Assembly (NCBI RefSeq): GCF_002113885.1
Contig: NW_018480044.1
Location: 62,001-126,000 of the forward strand
Source of the DNA: Mizuhopecten yessoensis
Taxonomy: Eukaryota
Direction of reading: 5' to 3'
DNA length: 64,000 bases
The position numbers were made by a program, and so were the translations under genes. The notes beneath the pieces were generated by a model, which was given only the letters and a program-made list of their open reading frames with translations, was not told the DNA's origin and ran no database searches. Of this stretch, positions 14,301 through 26,300 are shown piece by piece (the first letter of the stretch is position 1; every line of letters starts with the position of its first letter).

Positions 14301-17300
14301 TACTGTACACCTACGTGTATGTGATTGTGTTATATACACTCTCTACTGTACACCTACGTGTATGTGATTGTGTTATATACACTCTCTACTGTACACCTAC
14401 GTGTATGTGATTGTGTTATATACACTCTCTACTGTACACCTACGTGTATGTGATTGTGTTATATACACTCTCTACTGTACACCTACGTGTATGTGATTGT
14501 GTTATATACACTCTCTACTGTACACCTACGTGTATGTGATTGTGTTATATACACTCTCTACTGTACACCTACGTGTATGTGATTGTGTTATATACACTCT
14601 CTACTGTACACCTACGTGTATGTGATTGTGTTATATACACTCTCTACTGTACACCTACGTGTATGTGATTGTGTTATATACACTCTCTACTGTACACCTA
14701 CGTGTATGTGATTGTGTTATATACACTCTCTACTGTACACCTACGTGTATGTGATTGTGTTATATACACTCTCTACTGTACACCTACGTGTATGTGATTG
14801 TGTTATATACACTCTCTACTGTACACCTACGTGTATGTGATTGTGTTATATACACTCTCTACTGTACACCTACGTGTATGTGATTGTGTTATATACACTC
14901 TCTACTGTACACCTACGTGTATGTGATTGTGTTATATACACTCTCTACTGTACACCTACGTGTATGTGATTGTGTTATATACACTCTCTACTGTACACCT
15001 ACGTGTATGTGATTGTGTTATATACACTCTCTACTGTACACCTACGTGTATGTGATTGTGTTATATACACTCTCTACTGTACACCTACGTGTATGTGATT
15101 GTGTTATATACACTCTCTACTGTACACCTACGTGTATGTGATTGTGTTATATACACTCTCTACTGTACACCTACGTGTATGTGATTGTGTTATATACACT
15201 CTCTACTGTACACCTACGTGTATGTGATTGTGTTATATACACTCTCTACTGTACACCTACGTGTATGTGATTGTGTTATATACACTCTCTACTGTACACC
15301 TACGTGTATGTGATTGTGTTATATACACTCTCTACTGTACACCTACGTGTATGTGATTGTGTTATATACACTCTCTACTGTACACCTACGTGTATGTGAT
15401 TGTGTTATATACACTCTCTACTGTACACCTACGTGTATGTGATTGTGTTATATACACTCTCTACTGTACACCTACGTGTATGTGATTGTGTTATATACAC
15501 TCTCTACTGTACACCTACGTGTATGTGATTGTGTTATATACACTCTCTACTGTACACCTACGTGTATGTGATTGTGTTATATACACTCTCTACTGTACAC
15601 CTACGTGTATGTGATTGTGTTATATACACTCTCTACTGTACACCTACGTGTATGTGATTGTGTTATATACACTCTCTACTGTACACCTACGTGTATGTGA
15701 TTGTGTTATATACACTCTCTACTGTACACCTACGTGTATGTGATTGTGTTATATACACTCTCTACTGTACACCTACGTGTATGTGATTGTGTTATATACA
15801 CTCTCTACTGTACACCTACGTGTATGTGATTGTGTTATATACACTCTCTACTGTACACCTACGTGTATGTGATTGTGTTATATACACTCTCTACTGTACA
15901 CCTACGTGTATGTGATTGTGTTATATACACTCTCTACTGTACACCTACGTGTATGTGATTGTGTTATATACACTCTCTACTGTACACCTACGTGTATGTG
16001 ATTGTGTTATATACACTCTCTACTGTACACCTACGTGTATGTGATTGTGTTATATACACTCTCTACTGTACACCTACGTGTATGTGATTGTGTTATATAC
16101 ACTCTCTACTGTACACCTACGTGTATGTGATTGTGTTATATACACTCTCTACTGTACACCTACGTGTATGTGATTGTGTTATATACACTCTCTACTGTAC
16201 ACCTACGTGTATGTGATTGTGTTATATACACTCTCTACTGTACACCTACGTGTATGTGATTGTGTTATATACACTCTCTACTGTACACCTACGTGTATGT
16301 GATTGTTATATACACTCTCTACTGTACACCTACGTGTATGTGATTGTGTTATATACACTCTCTACTGTACACCTACGTGTATGTGATTCGTATTGTTGTA
16401 TCATTGTATACATTGTATATTGCACTATATAAACATGTATATATGCACTGTATGCGTTAGAACATTGGAAGTTTAGAACTTGAACTTTGTCTCAATACTT
16501 GTCTGGTATAGTGTTTGATCATAAAGCATATCCCAGGTAGGACATATTTAACCTTAAGTACAGTTAGGGAATGATTTAGTGTACACTCAGGACCAAATTA
16601 GGGTATGTCAGGGGCTCTGTTTAGGATATCATGTATCAAGAAAAGACATGCCAGTGGCAAAAAGGTTGCTTAACAGTTTCTTAGCAACTGTAATATTAGG
16701 ATCCTGACCCTAAAACTTAAAGCAAAGCTAAAGACTTCACCTGAGAAATTGATATCTACTTTGGTGCCTGGCATCTTTAACGCAAAGACAAATTTTCTGA
16801 CAATTGAATTTTTATAATATTGTGTCTGATATCTAAATTTGATTCAGTCAAGATTGAAATGTACCTATACCCAAAGTCTACATCAGGTCCATATCAAATG
16901 TATTAGAACTTGAGATATTAAATACATATGTATTACCTTTACCCAAAGTCTACATGAGGTCCATATTAAATGTATTTTGTTTCAAAGAAATTATTGATTT
17001 ATTCTTTCCATTTTTCTCCACCTGTCTGACCTTGACACAGGAGTCATATGTATTAAATATTAGAATACAGTGAGTGTTATCTTGTTATTTGTATTTATCT
17101 GGTATGTTTATAAATATCACCTATTAGACATTTTGGTGCTATTAATGTTCTTCTTTTCTAAAACAATTCTAGTATTTTGTTAAATTTAAAGTTTCTAAAA
17201 CTATCTCAGATTTCATATTTATCGTCAAAGAGTAAAAACGATAATAATGAAATGTAAGAGAAAATATATACAAACAAATACAAACAGAAAAATAGAAAAT

Positions 17301-20300
17301 GAATGCCCTGTGGTTATTAATAGCAGTGACCTTGACCTTATACTTGGGACCCTGAAAAACAAATTCCTCCGAGGTATTCTCATACTTGACATTTGTACCC
17401 ACTTTGATGTAAATGTGTTAGGAAAAGAGTTTGGTAGAATTGTGACATAGACTCGCCACATGAGAGGACAGTCATGGACATATGCTCCCCCCTCCTAACC
17501 CCGTTAAATGGGAAGGGATACTTCCAAAGATAGTTTATCTAGGATACCCTAAACCAACTTTATGTTAGAGCCAAGCTAAGAGCGCCTCTATACTCCGGGG
17601 GTTATGCTCACTTTCACTCTCTGCACCATGTCATAGTAAAATTCAAGGCTCAGTGTGCTTCACTTTGTGAGTGAGACGAGAAGACTAATTCAATCCTTTG
17701 ATGTACATCAAAAGATTCTCGCGGTTACAAGGGTCTCGTAACGGTAAAATTGTTTGGCTTTGAGGTTGGGGGTCAGGTTGTTTTTTACCAGAGACCAATC
17801 AAATAGCTAGTTGTGTGCCTTCAATTTTACTATGATATATGCCACGGGTGCAGAAAGTGAAAGTGAGCGTAACCCCTGGAGTATCGAGGATGGGGGGGGT
17901 GTAGAAAGTGAAAGTGAGCGTAACCCCTGGAGTATCGAGGATGAGCTAGGTACAGCTTCATTTGGGCATTTTACATCATTATGTAATTCGTAAGTCCCCC
18001 AAGAATAATTAATTTACATTCAGTTCATCAATATTGCTCCCTTCAAGTTACTTGGCTCGGCCAGCATCAACGGATTATTGACACATATTTCCTTACCAGA
18101 TAGCCAAATCAAACTGAAGGTAGTACCAAACACCACAGCTGTTATAGCCCCTTAGCCCAAATGTATATTTGTGTAATAAATTGAAGTATTTAATCTCAAT
18201 ATTCCTTGCTTGTGTCTTTTGTTCATAAACTCTGTACAGTTAGTACAGTTAAACATGTTTATAGTGAAGCCCACCCATGGGACCTAAGACGTTAACTCTG
18301 TGCAGTTAGTACAGTTAAACATCTCTATATATTGATGATGATAAGGGTAGCTGAGAAGCAGATCATTTAGAGAAACGAAACAGTATATGATGAGTGTTGT
18401 AGCAATTAAGTCACGTTTTCAAACCGAACATAAATCTTACCTTTGGCCTGCACTATTAATGTTGCACAAAAAAATACAAAAAAAAGTTAATGAAAACCAC
18501 ATTCATTAGACACATAAATTGAGATTTTTTTCCTCCCATTCAATCAGTAATAAATTTAACAGGAAGGTACATAACCTCTGTAGGTATATTTACTATATGT
18601 GTGAATCTGTTAATGTCAGTCCTTTTCTTGAAGAAATCAGGATAACAAGATCCTCTCATATAAATATTGAATTTGAGAAAACTATACCTGATTACAACTA
18701 GGCAAACAATTGTGGGGTGATCCAAAGTTAAGGGAAAATAAGGGAAACAATGTCCAGTAATAACTTTTGAAAATGTATATCAAATTTAAACATCAGGTGG
18801 CCCTCCTGAATAATTATGTAGCAAGGGCTGTCATAAAAAAAATAAACTCAAAAAGGGTTTTACACTGAAACATGCTAAAATTACGAAGTTGATAAATGAA
18901 TACCAATAAATGTGTATACAATAGTACATGTACTCACTTTTTACCAGTGAGCCGACCCATCATTTGTGTTTTCTTAGCATGAGTTTCAGCTAAAGCTTCA
19001 CTATCCCGAAATCTGAAATAAACCATAAGACCAATTTCTCAGGACTACTTCAGGTATCACATATATCATAATAATACTATTGTAAACTGTGTGTTCCTAA
19101 ATCAGTGTAAATGTCTAGCTGCTCTCATCATGGCTTCTCCAGGGATGTTCACAAATCAGAGTCTAGTCGCTTCTCTGGAGACATTTTCTGAGTCTAGCTG
19201 CTCACTTCTCTTGGCTGTGTAGGTGCTTCTCTGGAGACATTTTCAGAGTCTAGCTGCTCCCTTCTCTGTGCTGTGTAGGTGCTTCTCTGGAGCCATTTTC
19301 AGAGTCTAGCTGCTCTCTTCTCTTGGCTGTGTAGGGGCTTCTCTGGAGACATTTTCTGAGTCTAGCTGCTCACTTCTCTGGGCTGTGTAGGTGCTTCTCT
19401 CAATACCCCCGGAGTCTAGCTTATTCAAATATTATCATAAATTTAAGTTTAATATAGATATGGTATTTAAATCGCAGGAGTGAGTAGTCCCTGATGCTCT
19501 AAATGTATTAATGCCTGTAAATATGTTGCTAACAACAGTAATAAACCGGTTAACTGTTTCTTGTGTGTTAGTTGTATATAAAAGACAATATAAGAAAGCT
19601 TCTTGTTTACCTTATTTAGATAAAAAAAATATCTAGATTTATTATTGCGACACCGGATAAAACTATGCACTGTTATGCAGAAAAAAAGGAAACTATCTAG
19701 AGTTGCTATATGTGGCATTCTAATCCTGAGGTCAGCCTACACATACCTGACGGAAGGCTTGTCATTCAGCAATACAGAACTTGATGATTTCTTCAGGATA
19801 GACTTCTTAATATCACTGACAAGTTTATCCTCTTCTGATGAAGCTGACCCACTACTTTTACTAAAAATGACAAGACAAAGATACACACAATTTACAACAC
19901 ACATTAGGAAGTAAATATCTTCAATTGAACGTTGCAGGTGCTAACGAAAGAAACTCATCTTGGAGGGGTAGAATCAAACCTTGAAGGGGTAGATATCTGG
20001 CAGGAGACTTGTACCCTGGAGTTAACAAAAGACACAAAACTTGAAGGGGTAGATATCTGGCAGGAGACTTGTAACCTGGAGTTAACAAAAGACTCTAACC
20101 TTGAAGGGGTAGATATATGGTAGGAGACTTGTACCCTGGAGTTAACAAAAGACTCAAACCTTGAAGGGTTAGATATCTGGCAGGAGACTTGTACCCTGGA
20201 GTTAACAAAAGACACGAAACTTGAAGGGGTAGATATCTGGCAGGAGACTTGTACCCTGGAGTTAACGAAAGACTCTAACCTTGAAGGGGTAGATATATGG

Positions 20301-23300
20301 TAGGAGACTTGTACCCTGGAGTTAACAAAAGACTCTAACCTTGAAGGGGTAGATATCTGGCAGGAGACTTGTACCCTGGAGTTAACAAGAGACACGAAAC
20401 TTGAAGGGGTAGATATATGGTAGGAGACTTGTACCCTGGAGTTAACGAAAGACTAACCTTGAAGGGGTATATATGGTGGGAGCCTTGTACCCTGGAGTTA
20501 ACAAAAGACTAACCTTGAAGAGGTAGATATCTGGCGGGAAACTTGTACTCTTGAATTATCAGGATCACTTTCTGAAGCAGATGATCGCATGGCTGATTTC
20601 GGAAGCCGTGCCGGTGTCAGTGGAAGGCTGAGCTCACTGTGCAATAACTTGCTTGTGTTGGTCTTAATTGAAGTTTTAGTTGGTCCCAGATCATTGGTGG
20701 CAGTGGATTCCTTCTTCTTGGGAGATATCACACTTATTAGCCTTCCTAACATGAAATTTTTTGAAACAATAGGTGAGGTTAGGGAGGAGTTAGATGAAGC
20801 CGGTGACATGCTAAGTCTTTCGATACTTTTATCCAGGGCAGAAGAGCAGATGGGCGACACTGGTGTTCCTGATGATGTCAATATACCTACAGAAGTCAAT
20901 GCCTGAATGCTGTTTGTGGATTTCTGATGAAAGGGTGATGAATTATAAACAATTTCAGAATCACTACACACAGAAGGTTCACACAATTTCTTTCTCTCCC
21001 TGATTTCAGTAATAGTAAAAGGCTTCCTTTTTAGATCGTTCTTTTGGCTCTTTTTAACATGATCTCCCTCAGCTAGAGTGCCCGAAACATTCTGAGATGA
21101 CAAGTTTGAAATGCTGTTGGTGATTTGGTCAGCCACGGAATGATGTATTCCTCGGCGCTTCATTCTCTCCACCACTGGTACAGTACTATTGAGGGAGTGT
21201 TTTACAGGAGAGAATAACGTTCTCCTGCCACTCTCAGTATCACTGCAGCTACCCGACAGAGGTTTCTTTGTCCTGTTTCCCCCATCACCATAGAGACTGC
21301 TCTCCAATGTCTTTGTGTGTTTCAGCAGTTTCTGTATGACAGCTTCCCCGGAATCTGAAATAAAATCAATTGTTGAATATCTATCAAACTGTTTCGACCA
21401 ATCTGCCGGCCTCACTCTGGTGAAATCCTGTCACAATGAAGCTAGTCAAATTTCTAACTCAGTGGAAGAAGCAATCTCCAGCAGTGCTTGTAATTTGTAA
21501 GTTAAACCCTTATAGATATCATCATTTTTGAAAACTGAAAGATTGTCTGACCTGAATTCCCCCCATTATCACACAAAATAGTGATTTATTTTTTCAATTT
21601 CTATAATAATAGTGACCTTGACTTTAAGTTCCTGAAAAAATGAGTTAATTTAAAGAACATGCATCCCCATAAATATAATTCACCTTTGTATAAGTTTGAT
21701 CAAAACTTGTTAACAAATGAGTTGGTTTGGTTCTGTTTGTTTGTGTTTTACGTCCTATTAACAGCTATAGTCATTTTAAGGACATGTCAGGTTTTGGTGG
21801 TGGAGGAAAGCCAATATTCCCGGAGAAAAACCTTGACTTACGGCCAGTACTTCGTGACTGCCCCAGGTAGGTCTCGAATCAGCGACCCAGCGGAGGGCTA
21901 GTGGTAGCAGATTGTCAGAGGCCTAAACCACTTGGCCACCGCAGCACCCTTAACAAATGAAGTTGCTGGAGTAATGTCACTTAATTGGTTGACAAATTTC
22001 AATGAAAAGTTATGGTGACCTTGGCCTTGACATTAAATTCTGAAACGTATTTTTCAATTCTAAAAAAAGTGCACAATGTTTGAGCCAAACTTGGCCATTT
22101 TTCTTGTGGCTTTCAAGTGAAGAACAATCACATAAACTAGCATTTTGTTTTTGTGAACAAAAACATGTGTCTCCCCTTATTAGCCAATAGAAAAACTCCA
22201 GTATATAAAATTAACAAAGGGCCATATCTCTTTATATAGTGGGGCACGAGACTCGAATTTGGAATTTGACACTCCTACTTCCCAAGATACATTAAAACTT
22301 TAGCAAGTTTGGTCATCGTAGGTGAAACTAGAACACTGACAGGTCAGTAAGGGCCCTGTCTTGTGGCAATATATCCCCCATAATCATCAAGAAGCAATTT
22401 GCCCATATAGCTGAGCTTGTTGTTTGACATTTGGACTTCAATAAAAATTGCAAGAAAGCAAAATATACAATTTACATGTACTATGATTTGAGTCTTGTTT
22501 CCTTCCACTTCCATATTTGCCGGGCTAACAGAAATGTAAATACCAGTGCAATACTCATTTGTTAGCTTTAATTGTTTTATTTCACCTTAAATACCTCCCC
22601 CATCAAGATCCAAGGTCAAAGTATGGGATCCACTTTGTCTTTGACCTTTGGACCCAAATGACCTTGACTTTTAACCCAGTGACCCAGTGATCTTGGGTCA
22701 GTTGACTCATTCTTCCATTCCGACCAACTTTGCTTCATAATATCATAACAAAATGTTCATCGGTGAAAAATACAAAACTTGACCTTGACCTCAAACCTTT
22801 GGAACCTGTAACCTTGACCTTTGGTCAGTTGACTCCGTGTTAAGTTCTGAACAACTTTGCTTCATAATAACATACAATAAATATTCATCAGTAAAAATAT
22901 ACAATATCTGACCTTGACCTTTGACCAAGAGACCCCTTGACCTTTGGTCAAATGACTCCTTGTTTAACTCTGACCAACATTTCGTCAAAGTATCAAAACG
23001 AAATGTTCCCCAGTGAAAAGATGCAAAATGTAACCTTCACCTTTAACCCTGTGACCTTGACCTTTGGTCAACTGACTCCTTCTTTAATTGCGAACAACTT
23101 TGCTTCATTCGACATAATTACTAGAAACTTCCAAATTACGTAGTCTTTGAAGCAAATCTAATAATTATTTTTTTAGGCGAAAAAGACATCTAATTTGAGT
23201 TGTAATTTTATAAAATATCTTACTTCATTTTTATTATGGCCAACCTCACTTGTTGATTACTTGAAAAGATTTGATGGCAATTTGAAAATAACATTTTAAA

Positions 23301-26300
23301 ACTTTTTTTTATTTCATGTTAAAATCAGTCCTGTTTATGTTACTGGATGAAATATACTGTATGAATATCATTTGTTTACCTGCTAAAGTTTGTTCTGGAT
23401 TGCACCAGGCAGCATACTTGAGAGTGACAAACTCTTCGTTGAGCCAGATGGTTTGTTTGGGGGAGATGAAGTAGATATCTACATGGTGAACATCGTCCCG
23501 ATCCACACACCTGAAGCGTGCCTTCGTGCTATGACTCTCTGTCAACAGAACAAACATGTATTGGCACACTGGAAAACACATCTCCACTTTTGAAAAAAAC
23601 ATTTTGTTGATTTAGGAAATTTCTGGAAATAAGATTTTTGCATATATGGTATGGTCACTTCGAAACAAGCTAGCCACATGACTAGTTTAGCCACATGGCT
23701 AGTTTAGTTTACCTTTTTGTATTATCATTGTTTTAACTAAGAAACCAAGGCAAAAATTGTCACTGATAAAAGATATTTGGTTATCAATGTGTAGGCTTAT
23801 TTTCTGTTTACCACATTGTATTTCAAACTACATTGATGTGGATATAAAGGTAGCAATGCCTGCATCCACTAATATCTTGTATATATGTTTTATGTTAACA
23901 TTGTCTTACCTTTGACAACCTGGTTCATCAATGTCACTGCTGAGGTATCCCAGAATTCAGACACCCTGTAACAGTGCACATTACATTGCATTTATCAAAG
24001 CAATTTGATATAAAGTACCACACATCAATACACATAAGTCCTACACATATATTTCAGTGCTTATCACAAAGGGAAACATTACTGTGGTCATGTACATGTA
24101 TAATATGTAACACTGCATCCATATGTGTGACCTATAACACTACATATACCTGTGTGACCTATAACACTTCATACACCTGTGTGACATAATACTACCTACA
24201 CCTGTGTGACCTATTACACTACATACACCTGTGTGACCTATAATACTACCTACACCTGCGTGACCTATAACACTACATGCACCTGTGACCTATAACACTT
24301 CATATACCTGTGTGACCTATAACACTTCATATATATGCGTGACCTATAACACTTCATATACCTGTGTGACCAACAGCACATGCACCTGTGACCTGTAACA
24401 CTACATATACCTGTGTGACCAATAACACTTCATATACCTGTGTGACCTATAACACTTCATATATATGCGTGACCTATAACACTACATATACCTGTGTGAC
24501 CAACAGCACATGCACCTGTGACCTGTAACACTACATATACCTGTGTGACCTATAACACTACATATACCTGTGTGACCTATAATACTACATACACCTGTGT
24601 GACCTATAATACTGCATACACCTGTGTGACCTATAACACTTCATATACCTGTGTGACCTATTACATTACATACAGTAACCCTTTTGTTACTACAGTAGTA
24701 ACATTCCATACATATGTGTGTCCTATAACACTAATCAGGGCATGATGCAGGAATAGAAAGTTAGTTCATGCTTTTGAAATAGGGGAAAATATGCGATGAA
24801 GGCAAATGACCCACCAGCAGGAAGTGTGGCTGCAGCCTGCAGGAAGGGTGGCTGCAGCCTGCAACCAGGAGGAGAGTAAAGGAGGAGACATGAATGACAT
24901 GTTGAAAATACTCATAACCCAACGCTGTTATGCAAGCTTAAATGAACTCAAATCAGTTGATCACCGGACAACTCGACAGTCCATGTAAACACAACGCTTA
25001 CATATAAGTGGCCATAACACAGCAAAATTTAACACCCACCAATATGTACCAAATACGAAACATTGACCCTACAATTTTAAAGCGCTATACAGTACATCCA
25101 TGCTAATACACCTATGTGATCTATAACAATACATACACTTCTTTGAAGGTAAGGTCCTCTGTTTCCACAGCTAGGGTCAGAGCCTTCACACCGTACAAAC
25201 AGAACTTCTTCACCTGGTAGGGCACTTGTAGGTAGTCACTTGAGGCCTTTCTGAACCTGAAACACAGATCAGTTTTCAGCTTACATGTAATAGTTCAAAT
25301 TTTCATTAGGACTGTTTTGCAAATATCATAACAAAAACAATGTTTCACACATGCTTACCTCACTTTGCTCATATTTATTCTCCAAAGCCCAAAAAAGTAA
25401 CTATAAGCATCTTTTTTTCCCTATTGATTTGATTAGTATCTGTATGCAGTACCTAGATATTAGTCACTTTTTTAAGAACTCAGATTAAATGAAACTTACC
25501 ATTTAAGTGGTATGAAATCTGAGATGCCATAATCTAGAAAAAAGCACCTGAAAAAAGAAAACAAAAAATCACCATTTTCTGTATAATGATAAGAGACATT
25601 CCTAAAGTTTTAAAAAGGCTTGTCTGTTTTGTAATGCTCTCTCGAAGTTTCTCTTTGCGCATACTACCAGGGAAATATGCACTTCATTATACTCAGAAAA
25701 AAATCAAATATTGTCACAGAATCAAAGGACAAAATATTATGAATGTATTATCTTCAAATCATTGTATTAATTCTACCACAACAGAGATATAGAAATAAGA
25801 TTAACAAAACTCAAACAGTTAAAATAAAATGTAATGGATGTCATTATTTTTCCATGAAATGCCTCTGATAGGAGTCTAAGCTAGGACCTCAGGTCTATTA
25901 GTCTCGACGCTTTACTGAATGAACTAAAGAGAATTTCTACCTAGCTGAGCCGGTAAGAAGACACTAGCAATATACCAGGGTAACATGATTATAACAAATT
26001 GATTGTACTACAAAATATACTCAGATCAAAGCCACATATGCAGCTGGCTCATATACCATGGATTTATAATGTTTATCATACATGTGAAACTTTATCTACC
26101 TTCCTTCAGGTCCACTTCTCCTGGAAAGCACTCCCTTTACTTGGACCCGGCACCAACAACGATCTGACACCCGACGCCCAATACATATATCACCCTGAAA
26201 TAGACATCGTCACCAAATATTCATGGCAAAATGTTCTCATTAACAGTTATACTGCAAATATTTACTGTTTTTTTCTTTCCACTCCTAGCATCTAGAGGAA

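Noticed and set aside
1-16387. CRISPR-like appearance of regularly spaced repeats
   Set aside because: The units are head-to-tail with no unique spacers, there are no cas genes, and the DNA is eukaryotic.
18441-18447. 7-nt microexon (cag|GCCAAAG|gtaaga) in TDRD12
   Set aside because: It would break phase with the 12313 exon and has a poor pyrimidine tract; it cannot be supported without RNA data.
21355-21430. Extending the large TDRD12 exon to the ORF start (21415) or the acceptor at 21427
   Set aside because: That acceptor is phase 0 while the upstream exon ends in phase 1; the 21354 acceptor has the right phase and a better pyrimidine tract.
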